Assembly (NCBI RefSeq): GCF_030028105.1
Contig: NC_092401.1
Location: forward strand, 15,286,984-15,350,983
DNA length: 64,000 nt
Direction of reading: 5' to 3'
Origin: Mobula birostris
Lineage: Eukaryota
In this document: positions 1-13,500 of the stretch, piece after piece
Layout of the letters: the number at the start of each line of letters is the position of its first letter
How positions within the stretch are numbered: position 1 is the stretch's first letter
Translations under genes and position numbers: made by a program
The notes under the pieces: model-generated
The model's database searches: none
What the model was told of the DNA's origin: nothing
Seen by the model: only the letters and a program-made list of their open reading frames with translations

Positions 1-329
1 CAAGATAACAGGACCATACGCTGTATGGGAAAATGTAACCTTTCAGATTCAATCGCATATTTTACAATGTCTGCTTATCTTAATTATCAGAACATCCTCC
101 ATCTGTGAGTTTAACTCAGTCTTGCTGTCTCCATTTAACTTGTCTTCCGACTTTAGGTGGCGCTGGTGAAGTACAGGGATAACATGCTGGCAGCAAACCA
201 AACTACTCAGTAAGTTATGAATCACGCAATCTAAAACATTCAGTGCAATCAACAGCCTGTAACTTCCCTTTACTATTTGAGCTTTTGGACAGCCTGACGA
301 TCTGATATTTTTGCGGTGTAATTGAAGAA

Positions 330-860
330 CGTGGTGTACAAGGGCCGAATCAAGGCGGCAGAGCACAGACGCGTGAACGGGCAACGAACCCATGTAAGGC
401 CGTCGCTAGAGCCGACTTGGAGGCGATACGAAGCGGCAGGACCCGAGAGCGAGGAATCAGCCGATGTTTGACCAATTTAGGCGCCGGGCCAGTTAGGAAA
501 CTCAGGTACAGGCCTAGTGGAGATGAAGGTCCTGGGAACGAGACCCTACCGAAGCGTCAAAATACCAGAACTTATACCGGGGAAAGACATGTTGTTTGGC
601 CGATATGAGCACCAGGACAGCTTGAAAAATTTGATGTGTCAGTCGGTGTCGGGACGGGAGGACAGGTAACGGCCAGGGTGCAGTTCGATGCTCCCGGGAG
701 GTACTCGTTTCTATGGTGAACAGAGTCGATGGCATGTGAGTAATATGCTCTTGGATCGTCTGCAGTGATGACTGACTTCAGGCTGTGCACTCACTTTAGT
801 GCACTTAAATTATGAAGGTTACTTGCTTTGTTTTATTATTGTACAATTATTTATGTACGT
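330..860 (+). mobile_element. Unclassified GC-rich interspersed repeat fragment
   Basis: Abrupt CpG-rich block followed by a T-rich tail within AT-rich intron; no coding similarity recognised. Confidence 0.3.
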
Positions 861-1478
861 ATCATGATAAATGTATTTAGGACGTTTTGATCTTTGAAAA
901 TATCCACTAGCTCTACACTTCGCAGCGTTTTATATTCCATACCCACATTATGTCTACCCGCTTACTGCAATGAGCAGATAGATTAACATATGGGCTAACG
1001 TATTAATGACGCCATGGCAGAATTCAATCCATTGAGGAAGATACTTGAACCTCAATATCACTCCTCCTGTTTCTCAGCAACCTAGAATGAATCTGTGTGT
1101 GCCCCTCTCTTTGTCGCAGTACTGATGAATGGTCTTCATCACCATTTTTTCCAGTTCCACCAAAAATGATTGACATGCCTCTGTATCAATTTCTAACCAT
1201 TTCTGCATTCATTTATGATTTTCAGCTCTATCGCTCTTCAGCTTCAACCCAGTGTATTTGTGGAGTGATGTAATGTAGCTACTGTCGAAGGTAAAGAATG
1301 AGATAAGTGTCTGGAAGATAAGCAAATGAGCAGGATTGGTCTGGATACTGCAGTTGTGATACATGTAGGACCAGGTGAAGCAACTTCAGCAATCGATGTC
1401 GCTTTGCACCAAATCATCACATATATAGTTTCCTATATTAAAATACGACATAATAACAATGATAATTATTGAACTTAC

Positions 1479-1550
1479 TCTTACGGAGCTGCGAAATCTC
1501 GTCCTGAATTGTGGCGATGGAGCTCAGAGTCTGCTCGGAGCTTTTTATAG
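1479..1550 (-). CDS. Neck-repeat exon, 72 nt (copy 1)
   Basis: ccttttcag| ... |gtaagt; phase 1-1; [24 protein letters not shown]. Confidence 0.8.
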
Positions 1551-4500
1551 CTGAAAAGGCAATATATCAGATCATGGGGTTTTAGTTCACACGTAGATCA
1601 TCCTTTCTTCAGTCTACAATGACCTAAAAAACTATGATAATCTTCATCAGTGTCATTGAAAATAATATAAAAGTTGAACAATGTGTTGAGAACATCTCAG
1701 TTAGATATTGTATTCGTCAGTGGGTGAGATAGTCAGGCCGATTACCATGTCATATTCTGAATTGAAATATTGAAAAAGGACAGGCAGAGGCATTCTTCAA
1801 GTTGAGGTTCAAATTTATTGCCTTTCAGCCAAGCAGATGTATACAGATATATGGAACATCGTTCTGCTAGCCCCAGGGTGCAAAAGCTTTGCAAAATGTT
1901 TGCAAGATTTGCTTTTTTACCCTCTGTACATTGGGTGTTCTACATATGACAATTTATTCAATCCTGACTTATTTTCGTCAACGTCCTTTGAACCCTATCG
2001 AATTTCAGTACAGCTTTTCGAAGATACGGAGCCTACAACTGCTCACAAAACTCCAATTCAGGTCCCAGCAGTGTTTCAGAAAATCTCAAACATTACATTC
2101 TTGCTTTTATATTCTAGTCCTCTTAAAGTTAATACAAACATTGAATTTGCCTTCCTCAGCACAGACTTAAATAGCAAAGTAACCTTTAGGGAACCCTGCA
2201 CAAGGACTCTCAAGTCCCCTTACATCTGGATATTTTTTGTATTTTCTTTCCTTTGAAAACAATCAATTCGTTCATTTCTTATACCAAAGTGCATGACCGT
2301 AAACTCCTCGTCACAGTATTCCACCTGCAGTTTCATTGCCGACTCTCCTAATCTGTTTTTGTCCTCCTGTCGCCTTTCAACTTCCTCACAACTAACTGCC
2401 CCTGCACTTATCTTTATTCATCTGCAAACTTTGCATCAAAGCCATGAATTGCATTGACCAAATCATTAACATATAACATATAACGTAAAGAGAGTCGGTC
2501 CCAACTCTGTGGAACACCATTAGTCACCAGTAGCTGACCAAAATTGGTTCACTTAATTCCCACCCTTTGCGTCCTTACAATCATCCACAGCTTTAACCGT
2601 ACTAGAATCTTTCTTGATATACCATGTCAAAGGCCTTCTGGGAATGCATGTACACAACATCAACCAATTCTCCTTTATTTATCCTGCTCATTATTTCTTC
2701 AATCAATTCCAAAGATTTCTCAGACAAAATATTCCCTTGTGTAAGTCATGCTAAATACAGCCTACTGCATGATCTGCCTCCAAGTACCACGAGAACTCAT
2801 CATTAATAATAGACTCCAACATCTTCACAAACACTAAGATCACACTAACTGGCCAATAGTTTCCTAACTTCTACCTCTTTGCCTTGTTGAAGACTGGAGT
2901 GCCATTTGCAATAATCCATTCTTCCGGAACGATTCAGTGGTTGGGAAGTTGTTGGAGTCGATTGTCAAGGATGAGGTTACAGAGTACCTGGAGGCACATG
3001 ACAAGATAGGCAGAACTCATCATGGATTCCTTAAAGGAAAATCCTGCCTGACAAACCTATTAACAATTTTTTGAAGAAATTACCAGTAGGCTAGACAAGG
3101 GAGATGCAGTGGATGTTGTATATTTGGATTATCAGAATGCCTTTGACAAGGTGCCACACATGAGGCAACTAAACAAGATAAGAGCCCATGGAATTACAGG
3201 AAAGTTACATACGTGGATAGAGCGTTGGCTGATTGGCAGGAAACAGAGAGTGGGAATAAAGGGATCCAATTCTGGTTGGCTGCCGGTTACCAGTGGTGTT
3301 CCACAGGGATCAGTGCTCGGGCCGCTTCTTTTTACATTGTACATCAACAATTTGGATTATGGAATAGATGGCTTTGTGGCTAAGTTTGCTGACGATACGA
3401 CGATAGGTGGAGGGGCCGGTAGTGCTGAGGAAATGAGAGTCTGCAGAGAGACTTGGATAGATTGGAAGAATGGGCAGAGAAGTGGCAAATGAAGTACAAT
3501 GTTGGAAAGTGTATGGTTATGCACTTTGGCAGAAAAAAATAAATAGGCAGTATTATTTAAATGGGGAAAGAATTCAAAGTTCTGAGATGCAAAGGGATTT
3601 GGGAGTCCTCGTACAGGATACCCTTAAAGTTAACCTCCAGGTTGAGTCAGTAGTGAAGAAGGCGAATGCAATGTTGGCATTCATTTCTAGAGGAATAGAG
3701 TATAGGAGCAGGGATGTGATGTTGAGGCTCAATAAGGCGCTGGTGCGACCTCACTTGGAGTACTGTGGGCAGTTTTGGTCTCCTTATTTAAGAAAGGATG
3801 TGCTGACGTTGGAGAGGGTACAGAGAAGATTCACTAGATTGATTCCGGGAATGAGAGGGTTAACATATGAGGAACGTTTGTCCGCTCTTGGACTGTATTC
3901 CTTGGAGTTTAGAAGAATGAGGGGAGACCTCATAGAAACATTTCGAATGTTAAAAGGCAAGGACAGAGTGGATGTGGCAAAGTTGTTTCCCATGATGGGA
4001 GAGTCTAGTACGAGAGGGCATGACTTAAGGATTGAAGGGCGCCCATTCAGAACAGAAATGCGAAAAAATTTTTTTAGTCAGAGGGTGGTGAATCTATGGA
4101 ATTTGTTGCCACGGGCATCAGTGGAGGCCAAGTCATTGGGTGTATTTAAGACAGAGATTGATAGATATCTGAGTAGCCAGGGCATCAAAGTTTATGGTGA
4201 GAAGGCGGGGCAGTGGGACTAAATAGGAGAAAATGGATCAGCTCATGATAAAACGGCGAAGCAGATTCGATGGGCCGAATGGCCTACTTCCGTTCATTTT
4301 TCTTATGGTCTTATGGACTTATGGATTCCAGAATCTAGTGATTTTTGAAAGATCATTGCTAATGCCTCGTTAGCCATCTCGTTCAGCACCTGTACTAGGT
4401 AACTGATCTACCTTCACACCTTTCACTTTCCAAAGAACCTTCTCTCTAGCAATGGTAACTTTTTACCCCTCATGACCCCTAACACCTGAAGCATCCACCA

Positions 4501-7500
4501 TACTGCTAGTGTCTTGCACAGTAAAACAGATGCAAAGTACTTTCAGTTCTTCCAGCATTTTCTTGTACCCCAGTATGGGAGATTTTAATTTCCCAAGTAT
4601 CGATTGGCATCTCCCTGGAGCAAGAGGTTTAGATGGGGTAGAGTTTATTAGGTGTGTTCAGGAAGGTTTCTTGACACAATATGTAGATACGCCTACAAGA
4701 GGAGAGGCTGCACTCGATTTGGTAATAGTAAATTAACCTGGTCAGGTGTCAGATCTCTCTGTGGGAGAGCATTTTGGAGATAGTGATCATAATTCTATCT
4801 CTCTTACAACAGCATTGGATAGAAATAGGAACAGACACGTTAGAAAAGCGTTTAATTGTAGTAAGGTGAATTATCAGGCTATGAGGCAGGAAATTGGAAG
4901 CTTAAGGGTGGAAACAGATGAGCTCAGGGAAAAGTACGGAGAAATGTGGCAAATGTTTCGGGTGTATTTGTGTGGAGTTCTGCATAGGTATGTTCCAATG
5001 AGACAGGGAAGTTATGGTAGAGTACAGGAACAGTGGTGTACAAAGGTCGTAATAAATCTAGTCAAGAAGAAATGAGAAGCTTATAAAAGGTTCAGAGAGC
5101 TAGGTAATGTTAGAGATCTGGAAGATTACAAGGCTAATAGGAAGGAGCTTAAGTAGGAAATTAGGAGAGCCAGAAGGGGCCATGAGAAGTCCTTGGCGGG
5201 CAGGATAAAGGAAAACCCCAAGGCATTCTACAAGTATGTGAAGAGCAATAGGATAAGATGTAAAAGAATAAGTCCTATCAAGTGTGACAGTAGGAAAGTA
5301 TGCATGGAACCGGAGGAAATAGCAGAGGTAATTAATGAATAGTTTACTTCAGTATTCACTATGTAAAAGGATCTTAGTGATCGTAGTGGTGACTTGCAAC
5401 AGACTGAAAAGCTTGAGCACGTAGATATTATGAAAGAGGATGTGCTTGAGCTTTTGGAAAGCAACAAGTTGGATAATTCGCCGGGAGCGGATGAGATGTA
5501 CCCTAAGCTACCGTGGGAGGCGAGGGAGGAGATTGCTGAGCCTCTGGTGATGATCTTTGCATCATCATTGGGGACGGGAGAGGTTCCGGAGGATTGGAGG
5601 GTTGCGGATGTTGTTCCTTTATTCAAGAAAGGATGTAGAGATAGGCCAGAAAATGATAGACCAATGAGTCTTACCGCAGTGTTTGGTAAGTTGATGGAGA
5701 AAATCGTAAGAGGCAGGATTTATGAATATTTGGAGAGGTATAATATGATTTGGAACAGTCAGCATGGCTTTGTCAAGAACAGGTCGTGCCTGAGTAGCCT
5801 GACTGAATTTTCTGAGGATGTGACTAAACAGACTGATGAAGGAAGAGCAGTGGATGTAGTGTATATGGATTTCAGCAAGGCATTTGATAAGGTACCCAAG
5901 GCAAGGCTTATTAAGAACGTAAGAAGGCAGGGGATAGAAAGGGACAATGGTTTGTGGATACTGAACTCTCTTGCCCACAGAAGGCAAAGAGTAGTTGTAG
6001 ACGGGTCATATTCTGCATGGAGGTCGGTTCGCAGTGGAGTGCCTCAGGGATCTGTTCCAGCACCCTAACTCTTCATGATTTTTATAAATGACCTGGATGA
6101 GGAAGTGGCGGGATGGGTTAGGAAGTTTGCTGATGACACAAAGGTGAAATGTTGTGGATAGTGTGGAGGGCTATCAGAGGTTACAGCGGGACAATGATAG
6201 GATGCATAACTGGGGTGAGAAGTGGCAGATAGAGTTCAACCCAAATAAGTGTGAAGTGGTTCAGTTTGGTAGGTCAAATGGAATGGCAGAATATACCATT
6301 AATGGTGAAACTCTCGGCAGTGTGGAGGATCAGAGGGATCTTGGAGTCCAAGTCCATAGGACGCTCAAAGCAGCTGCGCAGGTTGACTCTGTGGTTAAGA
6401 AGGCGTACGGTGTATTAGCCTTCATCAATCGTGAGAGTGAATTTAGGAGACGAGTGGTAATGTTGTAGCTATATAGAACCTGGTCAGACCCCACTTGGAG
6501 TACTGTGCTCGGTTCTGGTCACGGCACTACAGGAAGGTTGTGGAAGCCATAGAAAGGGTGCACAGGATATTTACAAGGATGTTGCCTGGATTGGGGAGCA
6601 TGCCTTATGAGAATCGGTTGAGTGAGCTCGGACTTTTCTCCTTGGAGCGACGGAGGATGAGAGGTGGCCTGATAGTGGTGTTTAAGATGATGAGAGGCAT
6701 TGATCGTGTGGATAGTCAGAGGCTTTTTCCCAGGGCTGAAATGGTTGCCACAAGAGGACACAGGTTTAAGGTGCTGGGGAGTAGGTACAGAGGAGATGTC
6801 AGGGGTAAGTTTTTTTTTTTACTGAGAGTGGTGAGTGCGCGTAATGGGCTACCAGCAACGGTGGTGCAGGTGGATACGATAGGGTCTTTTAAGGGACTTT
6901 TGGATAGGTACATGGAGCTTTGAAAAATAGAGGACTATAAGTAAGCCTAGTAATTTCTAACGTAGTGACATGTCCGGCACAACATTGTGGGCCGTAGGGC
7001 CTGCATTGTGTTGTAGGTTTTCTGTGTTTCTATGTTTCTATTACCTCCAGTATCACTTTCTAGTGATCTGATCTCCACTTTCACTCCGCATTTACACTTT
7101 ATGTATCTGAGGAAATTTTGGCATCCTCTTAAATATTACTGGCTAGCCTTCTGATTTTTTAAAAAAATCCGGATCCTCCAACTTCCCACTCATTTTTGTT
7201 CTATAATGGGCCCACTTGTTGGCTTTTATATTGGCTTTGACTTCTCTTTAAGCCTCGGTTCTGTCATCATGCCTTTGGAATACTTCTTCCGCTTTGCAAA
7301 TGTATATGTCCTGTACTTTCCAGATTGTTTGTAGAAATTCCAACCTTTGCCACTCTGCCGTCATCCGCACCAGTGTTGTTTTACAGGCAATTCTGGCCAT
7401 CTCAGTTCCCAGGCCTCTGTAATTCCGTTTACTCCACTGATACATCCGACTTTAGCTTCTTCTCAAGTTAAAGTGTGAATTCGATCGTATCATGATTACT

Positions 7501-10500
7501 TTCCCCTGTGGGTTCTTTCAAGATAACCCCACTAATCAATTCGGGTTTTTGCATTATACCCAATCGAGCATAACTGATTCTCTGGTGGTGTTAACCACGA
7601 GCCACTTTGAAACCCATCGCGGAAGCTCACAAGAAATCCCCCCTCTTGGAATCAAGCACAAACCTGATTTTCCCAATTTACCTGCATTTTGAAATACCCT
7701 AGACTTTTGTAACATTGCTCTTTTGGCGTGCATCGTCTATTTCCCGGAGTAATTTGTAGACAACATCTTTAGTATTGTTTAGGCGTCTGTATACATTTCC
7801 TGTCATTTTACCCGTGCATTTACTTAATTTAGTTAAAGTCTGTCCCGAGCCTTTGTGGTCCATCAGGACGGTGCTTATGCCGGTTTCTGTTGCGTGAAGC
7901 GACTGGGAGTACGAGACTACCCCGGGATAGGACGCCAGTCTATCGCGAGGTTAACCCCAGCATTTTGCCGGTAACCATTTTCAGCTGGGTGGACTGGAGC
8001 AGTGTGTGGTGCAGTTACTTAGCCCTGCCCACAATGATTCAACATCGCCCAACCATTTGCCTCCACATGCTCTCCAAAAACTGCTCTGGCAATCTAGTTC
8101 CCATCCCCCTGCAGGTCTGGTTTAAATCCTATTATGCAGCATTAACAAAGCTTTCCGCTAGGTTATTAGTTCCACTCCAGTTCACGTGCAAACCGTCCCG
8201 ACTGTATAGGTCCCGCATACCCCGGAAGAGAGCACAATGCTCTAAAACTCGTACGCCCTCACTACTACACCAACTCCTTAGCCACATATAAAGCTGTATA
8301 ATTTTCCTACTTCCTACCGCGAGGCATGGATAGCAATCCTGACGTCACAACCCCTGAACGTCCTACCCTTTAATTTAGCACCTAATTGCGTGAAACCCCT
8401 ATAGAGTCGTTACTCGTCTTACCCATAGCATTTGTATCAACATTGGCCACGATTTCTGCTGTTCACGTTCCCACTTAAGAATCCTGAGGACTCGAATAGA
8501 GATAGTCTGGGCACTCGCACCTGTCAGACAAAATACCATCCGCGAATCTCTCTCACTCCCACAAAACCTCCTGACTGTTCCCCTAACTAACAAATCACCT
8601 GTCAACATAACATGCCTATTCTCGCCCCTTCAATGCTGACTCGCAGAGCCAGACTCAGTCCCAGATACCCGACCACTGGGACTTTCGTCTGTTAGGTGAA
8701 CCCCCCAACTCCGACAGTATCAAAACTGATGTATGTTGTTGACGGAGATGATCACAAGGGTACTCTGCACTGGTTCCTTAACCCCTTTTCCCTTCCCCAC
8801 TGTCACCCAATCTCCTGTGTTCTGCACATAGGGAGTAACTACCACTCTAAATGCTCTATCTGTCATCTCTTCAGCCTCCCGAGTGATTCGGAGTTCAATC
8901 CAATTCCTTAACGCGGATTGTTAGAAGCTGAAGTTGGATGCTGTTCACACAGATGTGGTCGGAACGGATTCAGGACGTGTCTCTGTCTTCCTACATCCCG
9001 CAAGAGGAGCATCCTGTCTGGCATTTCTACTATCCAAGCTAATCCCATATAAAGAAGCGAAGAAAATGAAACTTAATCTTGCTCGGACTCAAGCTTGTCT
9101 TCGCCTCGAAGAACTAAAGCCGCAAAAAAACCATTCTGACTCTGTCCAGTCAGACAACGGCTGGTGCGACAATGCGCTTGCTGCTGCCTTCCTTTAATTT
9201 GATCTTGATAATCAATTCTAACTGCCGATTGCTCGCTAATCAAAGCTCTTTTTCGGTTTGGCAACCCTCTGCTGACATTTCTGTTCGGTCAGTGAACCTG
9301 ACAGAAATCCCCTCCTTCCAAAACTTTCGATATCCGCATTAGTTGCTGCTCAAAGCTCCTTTTCACTGCACGGGCACACTGCTGACATTTCTGTGGGGGC
9401 AGTGGACCTGAGTGAAAATCCTTTATCTCTATACTTCCGATGTCCGGTTTGGTCGCTGGTCAAAGCTCTTTTTCTAGATTAACATATGGACAAAAGTATT
9501 AATGGCACAACTGCCCTATCTCCCGGGCATCGGGGCAGTACTTTAGGCATCAAGATCGCTCCTGTTTCTCTGGAACCTCGAAATAATCTGTTTATTTTCC
9601 TCTCTTTCACAATTCTGATGAGCGGTCTTCCGCATTTATTCTTCTATTTCGACCGGAAATGTTTAACTATATAATCATATAACAATTACAGCACGGAAAC
9701 AGGCCATCTCGGCCCTTTTAGTCCATGCCGAACGCTTACTTTCAGCTGGTCCCACCGACCTGCACTCAGCCCATAACCCTCCATTCCTTTCCTGTCCACA
9801 TACCTATCATTTTTTTTCTTTAAGTGACAATATCGAACCTGCCTTTACCATTTCTACTGGAAGCTCGTTCCACACAGCCACCAGTCTCTGAGTGAAGAAG
9901 TTCCCCCTCGTGTTACCCTTAAACTTTTGCCCCCGAACTCCCAACTCATGTCCTCTTGTTTGAATCTCCCCTACTCTCAATGGAAAAAAAGCCTATCCAC
10001 GTCAACTGTCTCCATCCCCCTCATAATTTTAAATACCTCTATGTAGTCCTCGCTCAACCTTCTACGCTCCAAAGAATAAAGACCTAAACCTTTCTCTGTA
10101 ACTCAGGTGCTGAAACTCAGGTAACATTCTGGTAAATCTCTGTACTCTCTCTATTTTGTTACATCTTTCCTATAATTCGGTGACCAGAACTGTACACAAT
10201 ACTCCAAATTTGGCCTTACCAATGCGTTGTACAACCTTAACATTATATCCCAACTACTGTACTCAATGTTCTGATTTATAAAGTCCAGCATACCAAAATC
10301 TTTCTTCACCACTCTATCCACATGAGATTCCACCTTTAGTTAACTATGCACCATGATTCCTAGATCACTCTGTTCTACTGCATTCATCAATGCCCTACCA
10401 TTTACCCTGTATGTCCTATTTTGATTAGTCCTGCCAAAATGTAACACCTCACACTTATCGGAATTAAACTCCATCTGCCATCTTTCAGCCCACTCTTCTA

Positions 10501-13500
10501 ACTGGCTCAAATCTCTCTGCAAGCTTTGAAAACCTGCTTCATTATCCTGTATCATCTGCATACTTAATAATCCAATTTACCACCCCATCATCCAGATCAT
10601 TAATGTATATAACAAACAAGATTGGGCACAGTACAGATCTCTGAGACACACCACTAGTCACTTGCCTCCAACCTGACAAAGAGATGCCACTACTCTCTGG
10701 CATCTCCCACCCAGCCACTGTTGAGTCCATTTTACTACTTCAATATTAATACCTAACGGTTGAAACTTCCAAACTAACCTTCTGTGTGGAACCTTGTCAA
10801 AGGCCTTACTGAAGTCCATATAGACAACATCCACTGCTTTACCGTCGTCAGCCTTCCTATTAACCTCTTCAAAATAATCAATAAGATTGGTCAAACATGA
10901 CCATCCATGCACAAATCCATGTTTACTGTCCCTAATCAGACCCTGTCTATCCAGATAATTATGTATACCATCACTAAATATACTTTCCATTAATTTACAC
11001 ACCACTAACGTTCACACTTATAATCCGATAATTGCTAGGTTTACTCATAGAACCCTTTTTAAACAATGGATCAACAAGCGAAATACGCCAGTCCTCCAGC
11101 ACTATCCCCATTTCTAATGATATTTGAAATATTTCTGTCAGAGCTCCTGCTATTTCTACACTAACTTCCTTCAAGGTCCTAGGGAATATCCTGTCACTAC
11201 CTGGAGACTTATCCACTTTTATATTCCTTAAAAGCGCCTGTACTTCCTGTTCTTTAATCATCATAGTTTCCATAAGTTCCCGACATGTTTCCCTACATCT
11301 CCCCATCATTTTTGGCTCTACACCTAGCTGTGCACTCTGATTCTCTGAGAGACCAATTTTATTCTTCACTATGCTTTTGCTATAAAACAACTGTTGAAAC
11401 TCTTTGGATTTATTTTCCCCTTACATGCCAAAGCAACCTCGTATCTTTTAGCTTTTCGAATTTCTTTCTTAAGATTCGCTTTACATTTTTTTTATTTTCC
11501 TCGAGCACCTTATTTACTCCATGCTGTCTATATTTATTGTAGCTATCCCTCTTTTTCCGAACCAAGTTTCCAATATCCCTTGAAAACCATGGCTCTCTCA
11601 AACTTCTAATCTTTCCTTTCAACCTAACAAGAACATAGAGATTCTGTACCCTCAAAATTTCATAGAAAAATTCCGAATGCTAAAAGGTCTGAACAGATTA
11701 TATATGGCAAAGTTATTTCCCATGGTAGGGGAGTTTAGGACAAGAGGTCACAATTCAAGCTTGAAGGACATCCATTTAAAAAAGAGATGCAGAGAAATTA
11801 CTTAAGTCAGAATTTGTTGCCACGAGCGGCTGTGGAGGCCAAGTTATTGTCTGTATTAAAGGCTGAGATAAATAGGTTCTTGGTTAGCTAGGGTATCCGA
11901 GTGTTTGAGGAAAAGGCAGGCGAGTGGGGATGACTAGAATAATTGGATCAGCCCATGATTGAATGGCAGAGCAGACTCGATGGGCCGAATGACCTACTTC
12001 TGCTCCTATAGATTATGGTTTTATGGGCTTGGATAATCCGCAAAAACTCGGCCTGAACTTTACTCGACAAGGATCAGTACCATTTCTAAAAATTTCTGCT
12101 TTGATTTGTGATTTTGAGCTCTATCTCTCTTCAGATTCTACCCAATGTTTTTGTGTAGTGATGTGATGTAGCTACCGTTGAAGGTAAAAATGAGATAAGT
12201 CTCTGAAAGATAAGTAAATAAGCAGGATTGGTTTGGGGACTGCAGTTAGGATATATGTAGGAGTAGGCGAAGTAACTTCATCAATCGACGCCACTTAGCA
12301 CCAAATCAACACATATATAGTTTAATGTATTAAAATACAACATAATAGCAATGATAATTATTAAACTTACTCTTACTCAGCTGCGAAATCTCGTCCTGAA
12401 TTTTGGCAATGGAGCTCAGGATCTGCTCGGAGTTTTTTATAGCTGAAAGGGCAACACATCAGATCATCGGGTTTTAGTTCACGCGTAGATCATCGTTTCT
12501 TCAGCCTGCAATAACTTACAGAACTATAATAGTCTTTATCAGTGTCATTGTAAATAATCTATAAGTTGAACCATGTGTTGAGCACATCTCAGTCAGATAT
12601 TGAATCCGACAGCGAGTGAGGCAGTCAGGCCCATGACGATGTTATATTCTGAATTGAAAAATTGAAAAAGGGCAGGCGGAGGCATTCTTCAAGCTCATCT
12701 TGTTTACTGGAATTTTACCCTATCAGCAGCATCCCATCACGACACATAGTCTCTGTTTGTAAACCAGCTGCCTCATCTTCAGGACTATCATCTGTCCGTC
12801 CAATGATAATTCTTGCAATGAGATACTGGGAGGAGGCAGAAGATTGTGGCGCGTGCGGTGGTTCTGAATGATATCGTATGTGTTAACTAGGGCCGTGTAC
12901 AATCCTGACTGGATGGAGACAGCTGTGAGAAACACGGAGGAACACCTGGAGAAATTTCTGAAATGCCCACTTCACTGCCGCTGCTGCAATGGATCGAGAA
13001 TCTCCGGAGCGGAAGGCGCCAAATCCTCGGCTTTGCCTATTGCCAGTTGCCGGGGCCGGGGTCGAGGCGCTCGGCAGAGATGGTGCTCGGTGCTCGCTGT
13101 TGGTGGGCTGGTCGGAGGCTTGGAGTTTTCGGACAGATTCAAGAGTCGGCCGTGGTCGGGTGCTTCCAGAGGGCTGCATCGGCAAGTTTGAGGCGCTGAA
13201 GGTTCATGGCCGAAAGAGAGCTTTTCTTACTTCTACCGTCTGCGTGAGATGATGGGACTTTTGAGAGACTTCGAGACTTTTTACCGTGCCCATGGTTTGT
13301 TCTTTATCAAATTACGGTAATGCTTTGCACTGTTATTACTATATGTTATGACTATATGGTTTTTGTCAGGTTTCAGTCGTTTTGTCTTGTGTTTCTATGA
13401 TATCATTCTGGAGAAACATTGTACCATTTATTAATGCATGCATTACTAAATGACAATAAAAGAGGACTGCGTGCCCTCATAATCTAATCTAATCTAATGT

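Larger units (their letters stand above)
2100..9000 (-). mobile_element. Old, fragmented CR1 LINE (RT remnants ~2100-2935, 4324-4571, 7041-7830; ORF1 esterase remnants ~8030-9000), interrupted by younger elements
   Basis: Antisense similarity to the younger CR1 copies in the window; ORF 8399-8608 [28 protein letters not shown] is CR1 ORF1 esterase-like. Confidence 0.7.

Noticed and set aside
47-209. Plus-strand two-exon coding cassette (e.g. VALVKYRDNMLAANQTT)
   Set aside because: The intron would be only 52 nt, every joined frame hits a stop, and the paralog at 38.9 kb lacks the donor.
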